The translations under genes were made by a program, and so were the position numbers. From Flaccisagitta enflata (Eukaryota): a stretch of DNA of 64,000 nt. The DNA lies in NCBI GenBank assembly GCA_965153355.1, contig OZ231126.1, positions 35,092,001 through 35,156,000 on the forward strand, given 5' to 3'. Of the stretch, positions 1-13,050 are shown in pieces. Each line of letters starts with the position of its first letter. Within the stretch, counting starts at the first letter, position 1. Under the pieces are notes generated by a model. The model had not been told where the DNA came from. It did not search any database and saw nothing but the letters and a program-made list of their open reading frames with translations.

Positions 1-456
1 ACCCAAAATTTCAGGAAAATCAATGTTTTTTTATGAAATTGCTTATATGGATGAAGCTGAAATTACAAAATTTTAGTAAAAAACTGTTTTGAATAAAAAC
101 CAGAATTAAAATATCCAAATTAGTGATAAAAGTAAACTGACATTCAACTTTTTGACCAAAATAAGTTTTTTTTTTGCATAATTCAAAAATTCACTATTGT
201 GAAAAAATGATATGAACTTAATGGATTGAAAATGGTCAACTATGCTAAATTGAATTCAAAACTGGTCAAAAATATTTTTTCCTTCTTGAATATCAAATGT
301 CAAATAGTTTGCAAGTATAAACTAACTTTGGTTTATCTTCAAATTGCATAATAAAATTTGATGTCTTAATACTTTCCCCCACTTGAAAAAAATCACCCTG
401 TACATATGTGGTACATGACGGTGGGTTTGTTGACTTAGTTTTGAAAGATAGCTTAC

Positions 457-514
457 CTTGCAATTGATCCATGTGAGGCAACATCTTTGAAAAGACTGAT
501 GTGAGCTTCTTCCT
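457..514 (-). other. Candidate 58-nt internal exon of an unidentified gene
   Basis: cttaatacttctttcag|AGGAAG...TTGCAAG|gtaagc: good acceptor and donor, all three frames open; no recognisable homology. Confidence 0.25.
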
Positions 515-1372
515 CTGAAAGAAGTATTAAGATGCAGAAATGAATTATAACATGACTATTGAACGATTGAGTTCCATCTTAGGGAACAAAAAATGAACAA
601 CTAGATTTTCTTAGGTCTGAGGGAAAGCGACAAGGACATTTTTGAGAAATCAGTATGTTTTTGCAACAATAAAATCATCACTAATAGGCGACATAAATGA
701 CATCATGCTTATAAAAGAAAAGACAATGACGCAACAACAATGGAAAAAGCCATCCCACGATATAAAAACAAAAGGCAAATTACTCATTGCAGAATACATC
801 TGATCCTTGAAACAATGCTTTACAGTTTATGAATTATGTCATCACAATTTTTCACAGAAACAGAAATAGAAATTTTTAATTTCTGAGGAAACCAAAAGTG
901 CTAGTTATCTTTTTGTGTTTTGTGCTTAAACACCTTTATGATGTCTTCGACACAAAATATATTTGTTTATGGTCAATTAGGCAACTCTTAATGCTTTGAT
1001 ACAAGTTTGTTTTGATTGAGAATGTGAGTTTTTCTGAAATGATCATTAGCTATTACAGATGAATAGTCGCAAAAGCGTTAGATGGTCAGCGGTGCCCTGC
1101 CTAAGTAGGTTGTGGTTGAGGTTGAAGGGGGAGCAGGGCAGTGGCCTCGAAGGGGTCGATGACCTATGCTTCAGGACATATGGGGAATTTTTCCCTCCTC
1201 CTCCTTCTCTTCCTTCTCCTCCGTCCCCCTCCCCTCTGACTCAGAGGGGGGTAGGAAGAAGATAACAAAATATTTTTTGAGGAAATTACACTTATGAAAG
1301 TTATAAAGAAGATATTTTATCTTTGCGACATAGTTCTTTACAAACTACTCCATGCTTGTTTCTTTCACAACA

Positions 1373-1945
1373 CACTATGGATCCTGAGAACCACCAGGAC
1401 GTTTTTTTGATTGCTGTGAATTTCTCCTTTGTTTGGTATAGTCCTAACATGTAGGAATTAAGATCCAACCATTAAAAGATATTTCATTTAATCCTTTTTT
1501 GAAAAAATTTCAAAATTAACTGTTTCATATCTTATTTTGCATGAAAGATTTACTGGGCATGTAGAAAATATTTGAATTCCTGATGTAATTTCCCTTCATT
1601 TGGTCGCATTATATATTTTGATGAAAAAATAAAATTTCATTTTCTTAGCCACCATTATTAATTTTGAACAGTAGCTAAAAAAACTTGAATTCTCCTCAAA
1701 GATATAAAGTTTGACCTACCAAATGAAAGGAAAATACATCTGAAATTCAAACATGCTATCAAAAAATCTTTTTTACCTGGCCAATAAATTCTGTGCGCAA
1801 AATAATATGTAAAATCTCCAAAAGGGCTAGATGAAATATTTTTCAATGGCTGGATCTTGATACGTGCATGTGAGGACTCAACCAAACTGAAAAGAAACTT
1901 ACAGTAATCCAAAAATCATCATGGCGGTCCTCAGGATCCACAGTG
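1373..1945. mobile_element. MITE with CAC termini (573 bp)
   Basis: Imperfect 24-bp TIR cactatggatcctgagaaccacca / tggcggtcctcaggatccacagtg; TSD not resolved. Confidence 0.65.
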
Positions 1946-2341
1946 GACAATTATAAGCAAACATCTTATTTTCAGCTTTCTCGTGCCAAATGATTTTCAT
2001 CATCTTTCTTCATCACATAATCATTAGTCATCAGAAAAAAGATTAATACTATAAACTGTTAACTGTCCTTGAATATTTGGTCAGCATTTGCTGTTATTTA
2101 ATATGAAATAAGAATAAAAGATTCAATCTACAAAGTGAGGGAAAATTTTTTGCAATCATTGCCAACAAGAAGTTGTCCATGCCTGCTTTGTGAGAGAGAA
2201 AACAAGATGTAGGCCAACAATGTGAATGAATGTTTTTTTATGGATGCATTTTTTTTTATGAATGAATGTTTTATGAATGAATGTCATTTATGAATGAACA
2301 AATGATTTTATAAATGAATTGCTGAATGTATGCTACTTTGA

Positions 2342-2452
2342 CGGGGTTAGAACTAAGCAGCTTCGATATGTTTCGACTTTTGTTTCGAATCGACTTTTGG
2401 GCAGGGTTTTCGAGTTAGGGCGAAATGGTCAGTCTTTCGAGGAGAGGACGGA

Positions 2453-2537
<85 letters not shown>

Positions 2538-2804
2538 GGACAAAATGGTAAGGGAGAGAGCGGCAGTTGATGAGGAAGAGGATAAAGAAGAGAAAAAAGA
2601 TAGTGGAATCGATCGGCACCATTGCAATGCATTGTACACGATTTTTGCCGCTCATTGTCTTATATTGTATCGACTTTTTGTTTCGAACAGGCAAAAAATG
2701 GCATCTCCATTTCGTCCACCGGATGGACGAAAAAATAGATTATATCGAACAAATTCGACCGCCCCTTCAAAAACCCTTTTCGAAGCTGCTTAGTTAGAAC
2801 CACT
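2342..2804. mobile_element. MITE containing a (GA)n tract
   Basis: Inverted ends ggttagaactaagcagcttcga / tcgaagctgcttagttagaacc; exact termini and TSD not resolved. Confidence 0.6.
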
Positions 2805-2814
2805 TTTATGTTAA

Positions 2815-4478
2815 AGAAGGCCAACACCTATAAGTTGCGTGCAAGATTTACAGGGTAAGAAGGCCTTAGAATGACTTAAAATGACTTAGAATGAATTAGA
2901 ACGACTTAGAATGACTTAAAATGTCCAAAAAGGACTTAAAATGTCTAAAAAACCTAACGACCAAAAATGACTTAAAATAACGTAAAATGACTTTGAATAA
3001 CTTAAAATGACTTAGAATGACTCAAAATGACTTAGAATAACTATTAATGACTAAAAAAGACTTAAAATGACCTAAGAGTTGACGCTTTATTACAAAACAA
3101 GGCCAACACCTATAAGTCGCGTGCAGGACAAAAATAACTGAACTGACCTGACTCCTTATTGTATCTTTTTATCGAAAATCAGACTTAGACGCAACCCAAA
3201 ACAGACCCAAACCAGACTCAAACCAGACTCAAACCAGAATTAAACCGGACCAAAACCAGACCTAAATCAGACATAAACCAGACATAAACCAGACATAAAC
3301 CAGATTTAAGCCAGACTCAAATGAGACTCAAACCAGACTCAATCCAGACTCAAACCACACTCAAACCACACTCAAACCAGACTCAAACCAGACTCAAACC
3401 AGACTTCAACCAGACCGAAACCAGGCTCAAACCAGGCTCAAACCAGGCTCAAACCAGAATCAAACCAGACTCAAACCAGACTCAAACCAGACTCAAACCA
3501 GACTCAAACCAAAATTAAACCAAACCAAAACCAGACCAAAACCAGACCAAAACCAGACCTAAATCAGACCTAAATCAAACATAAACCAGACAAAAACCAG
3601 ACATACACCAGACCTAAACCAGACCTAACCCAGACCTTAACCAGACATAAATCAGACATGAACCAGTCTTAAACCAGACGTATACCAGACTTAAACCAGA
3701 CTTAAACCAGACTTTAACCAGACTTAAACAAGACTTAAACCATACTTAAACCAGACTTTAACCAGACTTAAACCATACTTATCTTTAATATCATTTTAAC
3801 CAGCAGACTTAAATCAGCAGACTTAGACCATTAGACCAGCAGACTTAAACCATTAGATTTAAACCAGCAGACTTAAACCAGCAAACTTAAACCAGCAGAT
3901 TTAAACCAGCAGACTTTAACCAGCAGACTTAACCCATTAGATTTAAACCAGAAGACTTAATCCAGCAGACTTTTACCAAAAAAGACCAAAAATGACCAAA
4001 AATAACCAAAATGACCAAAATGACCAAAGATGACCAAAGATGACCAAAATGACCAAAAATGACCAAAAATGACCAAAAATGACCAATAATTACCAAAAAT
4101 GACCAAAAATGACCAAAAATGACCAAAAATGACCAAAAATGACCAAAATGACCAAAATGACCAAAAATGACCTAAATGATCAAAATGACCAAAAATGACA
4201 AAAAATGACCAAAAATGACCAAAAATGACAAAAAATGATCAAAAATAATCAAAAATGGCCAAAAATGACCAAAATGACCAAAATAACCAAAAATGACCAA
4301 AAATGACAAAAAATGACAAAAAATGACCAAGAATAATCAAAAATGACTAAAAATGACCATAAATAATCAAAAATGACCAAAAATGACCAAAAATGACCAA
4401 AAATGACCAAAATGACCAAAATGACCAAAATGACCAAAATGACCAAAAATGACCAAAAATGACCAAAAATGACTAAAA
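2815..4478 (-). mobile_element. Two adjacent HINE/DINE-1-like family A elements (about 2815-3075 and 3094-4478) with internal tandem arrays
   Basis: 3' ends aaggccaacacctataagt(c/t)gcgtgca; arrays (aatgacttag/aa)n, (aaaccagactc)n, (aaaccagcagactt)n, (aaaaatgacc)n. About 90 bp at 3096-3187 is the reverse complement of 10243-10334. Confidence 0.75.
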
Positions 4479-5925
4479 GCAACCAATAATTCTCAAAAAC
4501 ATCATTTCTTGTACCGGGTGATCAGCCGGAACTGAGCAAACCCTTTTGGACGCCGAAACTAGTAATTTGAAAGTTGAAATTTGGGCAAGAGTTTGATATA
4601 AAGAAAGTTAATGAACGTTTACTTTAAGCCAAAGATGGATAATGTAACCCAGAGGCATGCAAGCTATGGCTGTAGATGCTTGTTTTCAAAATTTGGAATC
4701 GTACCAAAATTGGAGTAATTTGGACGATTAACTTTTTCCCACTCACTTAATGTTGCTGATGTTTTAAGTATATTTGTTGATTTGGTAATGCTAAAATCCG
4801 TTTTTGGTGCCAAATTGACGAGTTTTCTATCTAATTTCGAAAAGAAAATCATAATGACCATCAATTTTTACCTAAAATATCTCTACTCAAATGAAATGAC
4901 TTGACATTCGAGGAGGATTCTGCGCAAACCTGAACCACTTTTCCAAAATGGCTTAATTTGAAATATAACATAGGACGGCAAGCATTTGATGGCAACACAC
5001 AGTGTTTCACCTCATTTTTTCAACTATAATTGAAAAATAATGATGCCGAAAATATTTTCATGAGACAAATTACCTCCAGAAATACTTTGTGTGTATGTCT
5101 TTGTCATATGCTGACCTCAGAAGAACCTTCAAATTGGCAATTCACATAGGAAAAGCAAAGAAAATCAGGAGTTTCAAAAAAATTTTGCTTACATTTTTTT
5201 TCTTTTTGCTGCTGTTAAATTTATGTGACTCTCAAATGCAGAGAAATTTTGCATTTTCAAAAACATAGCCGCCTTCATAATTAATTTTTGAAGGCAGCTA
5301 TGTTCTTCGTTTTTGTGTTTTTTTCATTTTCTATGCAAAGTTATAATTTTAACAAGCCTCCTATCAGTAGGCCCTTGCAACAGAGCATTTTCACCACAAT
5401 TTCAACGCGATTTCGATGCGCCTCCTAATCGCCTTGCGACTTCCAGTTTCCGGTTTCCAGTTTTTCAGGGCAATTATCACTTTTTGCCTCTGATACAATG
5501 CGCCACTTATGCATTGGAGTGAATTGCACTTCATGTTTTTGATAAATACTTTTAGAAAACCATTCCCAATTTGTATTCTGCAATTTTTTTTTTTGAAATA
5601 GAAGAAGAATGGCATGTGTCAATTTATGCCGCTAGTATCAATGTTTTTTTTGAGAATTAAATTTCTATAAACTACTGACAATCTTGATAGTAATTTAAGT
5701 AACGTTTTTGGACCAATTTTTCCATAATTAAAATGAAAATTTTTTGTTGTATATTTCCTGTCTGCTGAGCTCCCATTGGAATGTGTGGCAACCCTCCGCA
5801 AAAGAGTCTCAGTGAGGTCGAGGGCTATCTGGATAAAAAGAGTCAACGGGAAAGAAAAACGACGTGTTACAGATGAATTGTGTGCGTGTGCATGTGCATG
5901 TGTGTGTGTGTAAGAGTGTGTGCAT

Positions 5926-8354
5926 CAGACTGGGCCGTAGGACCCTTATGAAGGCAGATCGGCTACCAACAGCAGGGACTGGCTTCATTCATCATAACAA
6001 CAAGATTTGCCAAGTTTCATGACCATATGATCGATTTTACTCATGGCCGCCACCCCCCTAAAATTCCAGCATGAGGGTTGGTGTGGTAAAAATTCCAACT
6101 TTTGGTCACTTTGGCCTCAATATTAGGCCTCTTCGAATTTAAATTTTGACCTAAAATCTATGAGATCATAGGACTAGAGCTCAAGAGCTAACTAGTGGTG
6201 CAATCCGCATGTTTTTATCCCAATTTATTGAGATTTGAGAGCATTTCAAAGATGAAAGGGTATGAGGGTCAAATTGAAGCTTTTTTTCAGTGGCAAATTT
6301 GACATTTTTCACAGATTCGAACATATTTTGGCTTTGAATGGACCAATCTGCATGAAATTGGTGATCAAATTGAAGAGTTTTTGCTGCTTTAGCTGATGGT
6401 AAAAAAATTTTTGATCGATTTTGCCCTCAATTTGTTTTATAGACTGTAGAAGCAGGTGTAAAAAAGTCGATTTTCTTGAAAATTGAGCAATTTTGGACAA
6501 AAAATGAGACCACTTCCATTTTTAAAAAAGACTTAAAATCCATGAGCTAAATAAAGAGCTGCTCAAGAGCTAACTAGTGGTGCAATTGGCATGTCAATAT
6601 GTTTTTGCATTTAGATTTTACAGATCTTCAAAGATCAAAGGGTATGTCAAAGTGACCATTTATGGCCACTTTTGCCGTTTTGGCCTCAATTTGGGTTCAC
6701 TTTGCGGCATAATCGATAGAAAAATCTGTGAGATTATAAAACTAGAGCTCAAAAGCTAACCAGTGGTGCAATCCGCATGTTGCTATCATTTTTTGTTTAA
6801 GTTTGAGAGCATTTTAAAGATGGAAGGGTATGAGGGTTATTTAACCGGATAAACTTGGGGGTCAAATTTGACAATTTATACATTTTTCGATATATCTCGG
6901 CTTTGGATGGACAAATATGGATAAAATTGGTGACCAAATTGAAGATTTTTTGATGCTCTAACTGATTCTGGTAAAATTTTTGATCGATATGACCCTCAAA
7001 ATGTTTTGGAGACTGTTGAAGCAGGTGCTAAAAAGAGTATTTTTTTGCCCATTTGGTTTTGCCCAAAATGGCCTTACATACTTATTTGGACAGTCCCTTC
7101 AATCTTTTAAATTCTGTCAAATCTAAATACAAAATCATTAAGACATGGCGATTGCACCACTAGTTAGCTCTCTTTATTTTGGTCATGGATTTTAGGTCAA
7201 TTATTGAATTGGAAGTAGCCGAATTTGTTGTCCAAAATTGCCCAATTTACAAAAAAAAAAACACTTTTTGCATCTGCTTCCATGGTCATTAAAAAAAATT
7301 GGGTGGCATATTGATCAAAAAATCTTTTACCATCTGCTAGAGCAGCAAAAACTCTTCAGTTTGGTCACCAATTTCATGCTGATTGGTTCATCCAAAGCTG
7401 AGAAATATTGAAATTAGTGAAAAATTTAAGCTGCAATTTGACCTTCCTCCCCTTTCATCTTTGAAATGCTCTAAAATCTTAACAAATTAAGATAAAGATA
7501 TGCGGATTGCACCAGTGGTTAGCTTTTGAGCTCTAGTTTTATAATCTCACAGATTTTTTTTATCGATTTCTACAGCAAAGTGACCCCTTATCGAGGCCAA
7601 AACTGCCAAAATGACCATAAATGGTCATTTTGACATACCCTTTGATCTTTAAAGTTCTGTAAAATCTAAATGCAAAAACATATTGACATGCCGATTGCAT
7701 CACTAGTTAGCTCTTGAGCAGCTCTTTATTTTGCTCATGGATTTTGAGTCTTCTTTAAAAATGGAAGTGGTCTCATTTTTTGTCCAAAATTGCTCAATTT
7801 TCAAGAAAATCGATTTTTTTACACCTGCTTCTACAATCAATAAAAAAAATTGAGGGCAAAATCGATCAAGATTTTTTTACCATCAGCTAGAGCAGCAAAA
7901 ACTCTTCAATTTGGTCACCAATTTCATGCAGATTGGTCCATCCAAAGCCAAAATATGTTCAAATCTGTGAAAAATGTCAAAATTGCCACTGAAAATAGGA
8001 TGCAATTTGACCCTCATACCCTTTCATCTTTGAAATGCTCTCAAATCTCAACAAATTAAGATAAAAACATGCGGATTGCACCACTAGTTAGCTCTTGAAC
8101 TCTAGTTTTATAATCTCATGGATTTTAGGTCAAAATTCAAATTCGAAGGGGCCTAATTTTGAGGCCAATGTGACCCAAAGTTGGAATTTTTACCACAACA
8201 ACCCTCATGCTGGAATTTTAGGGGGGGTGGCGGCCATGAGTAAAATCGATCAGATGGTCATGAAACTTGGCAAATCTTGTTGTTATGATGAATGAAGCCA
8301 GTCCCTGCTGTTGGTAGCCGATCTGCCTTCGTAAGGGTCCTACAGCCCAGTCTG
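5926..8354. mobile_element. 2.43-kb foldback non-autonomous DNA transposon, hAT-like
   Basis: Ends CAGACTGGGC / GCCCAGTCTG, exact 8-bp TSD GTGTGCAT (5918-5925, 8355-8362); arms of about 870 bp are near-perfect inverted copies; recurrent internal motif aagagctaactagtggtgcaatccgcatg; no ORF. Confidence 0.9.
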
Positions 8355-8481
8355 GTGTGCATGTGTGTGTATGAGTGGGTGAGAGAGTGTGTGCAAGAGT
8401 GAGTGTAAGAGTGTGTGTGTGTGTTTGTATGTGTGTGTGGCTGCTTACTTATCACCGACCATGTTGCAATTTTGATTTAGA

Positions 8482-10334
8482 TTTTTAGTCGCGTGCACGC
8501 GACTCTATAACCTGCTCTGTCGGTCCGTCGGTCGGTCCGTAACACTTAGCTTTTTTTTGTCTTTTTACATCATTTTAGGGTATTTTACGTCATTTTAAGT
8601 CATTTTATGTCATTTTAAGTCATTTTAAGTCATTTTCAGTTAATTTTAGTCACTTAAGTCATTTTGTCATTTTTTGTCATTTTTGTCATTTTATGTTATT
8701 ATGAGTCATTTTAAGTCATTCTTAGTCATTCTAAATTATTTTAAGTCATTCTAAGTCATTATAAGTCATTACAAGTCATTCTAAGTCATTCTCAGTCACT
8801 CTAAGTTATTTTTGGCTTTTATAGTTTTTAGTAACACTTTGCTTTTTTGCGTTGTTTTTGATATATTTGGGTCGTCTGGAGTTATTTTGAGTCATTATTT
8901 TGTTGTTTTTGGTCATTTTTGGTTGCTTTTGGTCATTTCTGGTTGCTTTTAGTCATTTTGGGTCATTTTTGATCATTTACATCACTTTGTTAATTTAAGT
9001 CATTTGTGTCTTTTTTGGGCATTTTAAGTCATTTTGGAAGATTTCAGGTCATTTTTGGTCATCTGACATGGTTTTTTGGTATGTTATGGTCTTTTATGTT
9101 TTTTGGTTTTTGGTTTTTGGTTTTTTGGTTTTTTTTGTTTTTTTTTTTTATGGTCATCTAGGTTTTTTGGTATGTTTTGGTCATTTTTGTTTTTCGGTAT
9201 GTTTTGGTCATATGTGGCATTTCAAGTCTGCTGGTTTAAGTCTGCTGGTTTAAGTCTGCTGGTTTAAGTCTGCTGGTTTAAGTCTGCTGGTTTAGGTCTG
9301 CTGGTTTAGGTCTGCTGGTTTAAGTCTGCTGGTTTAAGTCTGCTGGTTTAAGTCCACTGGTTCAAGTCTGCTTGTTTAAGTCTGCTGGTTTAGGTTGGCT
9401 GGTTTAGGTCAGCTGGTTTAGGTCGGCTGGTTTGAGATGCTGATTTAGGTCTGTTGGTTTAGGTCTGCAGGTTAAGTCTGCTGGTTTAAGTCTGCTGGTT
9501 TAAATCTGCTGATTTAAGTCTGCTGGTTTAATTCTGCTGGTTTAAGTTGGCTGGTTTAAGTCTGCTGGTTTAGGTCTGCTGGTTTAAGTCTGCTGGTTTA
9601 AGTCTGCTGGTTTAGGTCAGCTAGTTTAAGTCTGCTGGTTTAGGTCTGCTGGTTTAAGTCTGCTGGTTTAAGTCTGCTGGTTTAGGTCTGCTGGTTAAAG
9701 TCTGCTGGTTTAAGTCTGCTGGTTTAGGTCAGCTGGTTTAAGTCTGCTGGTTTAAGTCTGCTGGTTTAAGTCTGCTGGTTTAAGTCTGCTGGTTTAAGTC
9801 TGCTGGTTTAAGTCTGCTGGTTTAAGTCTGCTGGTTTAAGTCTGGTTTAATTCTGATTTAAGTCTGGTTTAAGTCTGGTTTAATTCTGATTTAAGTCTGG
9901 TTTAAGTCTGGTTTATGTCTGGTTTAGGTCTGGTTTAAGTCTGATTTAAGTCTGGTTTATGTATGGTTTAGTCTGGTTTAAGTATGGTTTCAGTCTGGTT
10001 TGAGTCTGGTTTGAGTCTGGCTTGAGTCTGGCTTGAGTCTGGTTTAAGTCTGGTTTAAGTATGGTTTAAGTCTGGTTCATGTCTGGTTTGGGACTGGGTT
10101 AGGTCTGGTTTTGGTCTGGTTTTGGTCTGGTTTTGGTCTGGTTTTGGTCTGGTTTTGGTCTGGTTTTGGTCAGGTTTAGGTCTGGTTTAATTCTGGTTTG
10201 AGTCTGGTTTGAGTCTGGTTTGGGTCTGGTTTGGGTCTGGTTTAAGTCTGATTTTCGATAAAAAGATACAATAAGGAGTCAGGTCAGTTCAGTTATTTTT
10301 GTCCTGCACGCGACTTATAGGTGTTGGCCTTGTT
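8482..10334 (+). mobile_element. Full-length HINE/DINE-1-like family A element expanded to 1.85 kb by internal tandem arrays
   Basis: 5' T-run plus palindrome agtcgcgtgcacgcgact, (GTCC/GTCG)n, arrays of 10-, 14- and 11-bp units, 3' cacgcgacttataggtgttggccttgtt; no TSD. Confidence 0.8.
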
Positions 10335-10341
10335 ATCCATC

Positions 10342-10538
10342 TTTTTAGTCGCGTGCACGCAACTCTACAACTCGCTTTGTCCGTTGGTTGGTCGGTCGGT
10401 TGGTCCGTCACACTTTACTTTTTTTTAAGATTTTATTTCTTGCACCTTACTGCTCCTGCCCATGTTGTTTAATGACCTCAAATATGGCCCCTGCCCACCC
10501 GCACGCGACTTTGGTAGCCGTGTATCCAGCCTTGTTTT
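10342..10538 (+). mobile_element. Short (~200 bp) HINE-like family A element; related copies at about 14130-14289(+), 16768-16964(-), 21456-21627(-), 21992-22207(-), 22445-22793(+), 33976-34181(-), 44804-44997(-), 48488-48685(-), 49117-49295(-), 49649-49847(-), 51021-51174(+), 58422-58585(+), 58829-59204(+)
   Basis: Shared 5' palindrome AGTCGCGTG/CACGCGACT, GTCN microsatellite, 3' subterminal CACGCGACT and (in most copies) stem-loop gccg-tgtatc-cggc followed by cttgtt; ends embedded in T-runs. Confidence 0.8.
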
Positions 10539-10576
10539 ATGCCAAGGAATGCACAGACAGGACAAAGTAAAAAAGA

Positions 10577-10664
<88 letters not shown>

Positions 10665-10785
10665 ATCATCCATGAATTAACTAAAACAGGTGCGCTCGAT
10701 TTGGTCATCATTCAACGCGATCACTGAATGGAAGTGCTATTGTTAATTCGCATAGTGAGCCAGACAGGGAGAGAGAGTCAGAGTC

Positions 10786-10868
<83 letters not shown>

Positions 10869-11945
10869 AGTTACACATATGTTGGTTGACAAAGATTGGT
10901 AACCGATCTATGGCGGTTTAAAGTAGGCAAAACCTGCTAACGATTAGTAGTTACTAATTGGCACACAATATACGGCTCTACCTATCAGTGAACAAAAAAT
11001 GAATTTTGAATATTTTCTAGTGAATACATTTAGTTATTAATAGCTCTACTAGCTCTTTTTCCTCATTTGAATGCAAATTTTGTAAAAGAATATCCAATAT
11101 GATATATTTTAATGATTTTTTTCATGTTATTCTTTATTTTCATTTTCATAGAATTTTCTATTTTGACCCCTGTTGACACACTAAATCTTGCCGTCAGATG
11201 CTCACCGTCATAGAGGGCTGTTTCTTTGATATTATTGGGCTATTTCTTTTTAGATAAGCAAACGTTCAACAATTCTCCTCAATTCTAGACCATCTCCAAC
11301 AACTTTTCTTTTGTAGTTGAGGAGCAATAGCATCATACATTTACACAATTCCGGCTGATCTCCCGGTATTCTCATCAGTGAGGACCCTTTTGCCTTAAGC
11401 CTTGAATATCAAAACACACACACACTCTAACCAGTACGAAAATGACTAAAACCGAAAAAATCGGAAGTTCAGGTTGTGCCGTTGTGGAGCCGTCTTGGGC
11501 TTCCATAGTCATCAATTTTAGCATCAAAAGTTTACTTCTTGCTGGTCCCGCCTTGCCTTGAACTTCATATGGGTCCTTGGAACACCATAAGTTTCAGACT
11601 GCTCAAATCAATGTTTTGACTGAGATTTGAAATCTGCATGAGAAACTGTCAATCGAAAGTGCTTTTCATTGTCAAACTTCCTTCACGTTCAGGATCATTA
11701 TCAAAATCCACGCTAAAGATTCTGAAAAAAGGTAAGCTCAAAAATTGAAAGCGAAGGTATGTTTCGCTAACTTTGACGGCACTTTTGACCACGATCTTAT
11801 TGGAATATTGAAGGGTTAACAGAGGGTAAGGCGCGACCACCTAAAAGTAGAATATTGATTTGAATAGATGCCTGAAACAGCCCCACAACATGATCTGCTC
11901 GGAGAATGCCGACTCTATTGCCTTAAGCCATTAAAGTACAGGCTA

Positions 11946-12068
<123 letters not shown>

Positions 12069-12379
12069 TGGTAGACAATGGCCTGGTTGCAAATCCTGTT
12101 TTTGCTTACCTTGAGGAATATTCTTTAGTCGATTAAACTTCTTGCACACATCCACAGTGGAATTAAAAGGATCACTGTTCAATTGATCCTATTTGAAATA
12201 GACGTTCATGGTTACAACACACAGTAATTTGCTTAGGTCATTAAGAATGAGGATCCAAAATATTCAAATTTAATCTAGAGAAGCGCATTTTTTTGGTTTG
12301 AAACACAACCTTATTTCAGCCTGACAATCGATCTTATTTTGTCATAAAAGTAAGCCACTACTACAAAATTCATAGCTAA

Positions 12380-13050
12380 AGTTAGGAATTCTGATTTTGT
12401 ACCATTGCTACAAAACCTTGTGGGAAACAATATAAGTCACGGTGCAAACGAGTACACAATTTTACAGGTCAAAACAAATTTCATGAGATATTCTTTTTTG
12501 CCGATTCTTTGATTTTCAATCAAGATAGTGTATTTTTCCGTGATACAAATTGACTTTTTGCATAACAAGATAGATTTTAATATGATATGCATATGAGGAG
12601 TTAGAATAAAGGGTGCAAAATGGATGGATTTACATAAAGAATCTGATTTTGTGCCGTGAACATGTCTTGCGTAAAATTCTAAGACTGTTTCTGAACATAA
12701 GAATTTGCATTTTGAAAAAACATGGCATCAGTGTTATTACTTTTAAGAAAAGGGCCATGTTCTTAGAAATGCAAATTCATCTGTTCAGAGAGAGTCTTAG
12801 AATTTTACAAGATAACATGTAAAACTTTTCGTGCACTTATCTCTAAAGAAATCTGTTTTTCCACTGAGTATTCCATGGTTTTATCGATGCAAGATCAATA
12901 TCATTGATCATTTATTCCTTTTGACTAATTTTAAGGAGTATGCAAAATGCATAGAACTTTAGTTTTGTCTATATTTTTGCTGAATAGCAGCACATTACAT
13001 AACATAACCGAATGATTTTTCAAACTTGATGGTCCTCTAGACCACGACAT
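12380..13050 (+). repeat. Dispersed repeat; diverged second copy at about 27780-28420
   Basis: Colinear blocks, e.g. taagtcac(g/a)gtgcaaacgagtac(a/g)caattt and aatttgcattttgaaaaa(a)cat(g/a)gcatcagt; ends not resolved. Confidence 0.65.

Noticed and set aside
11400..11870. Possible decayed coding sequence on the minus strand
   Set aside because: Multiple stops and no recognisable motif; cannot be supported without a homology search.
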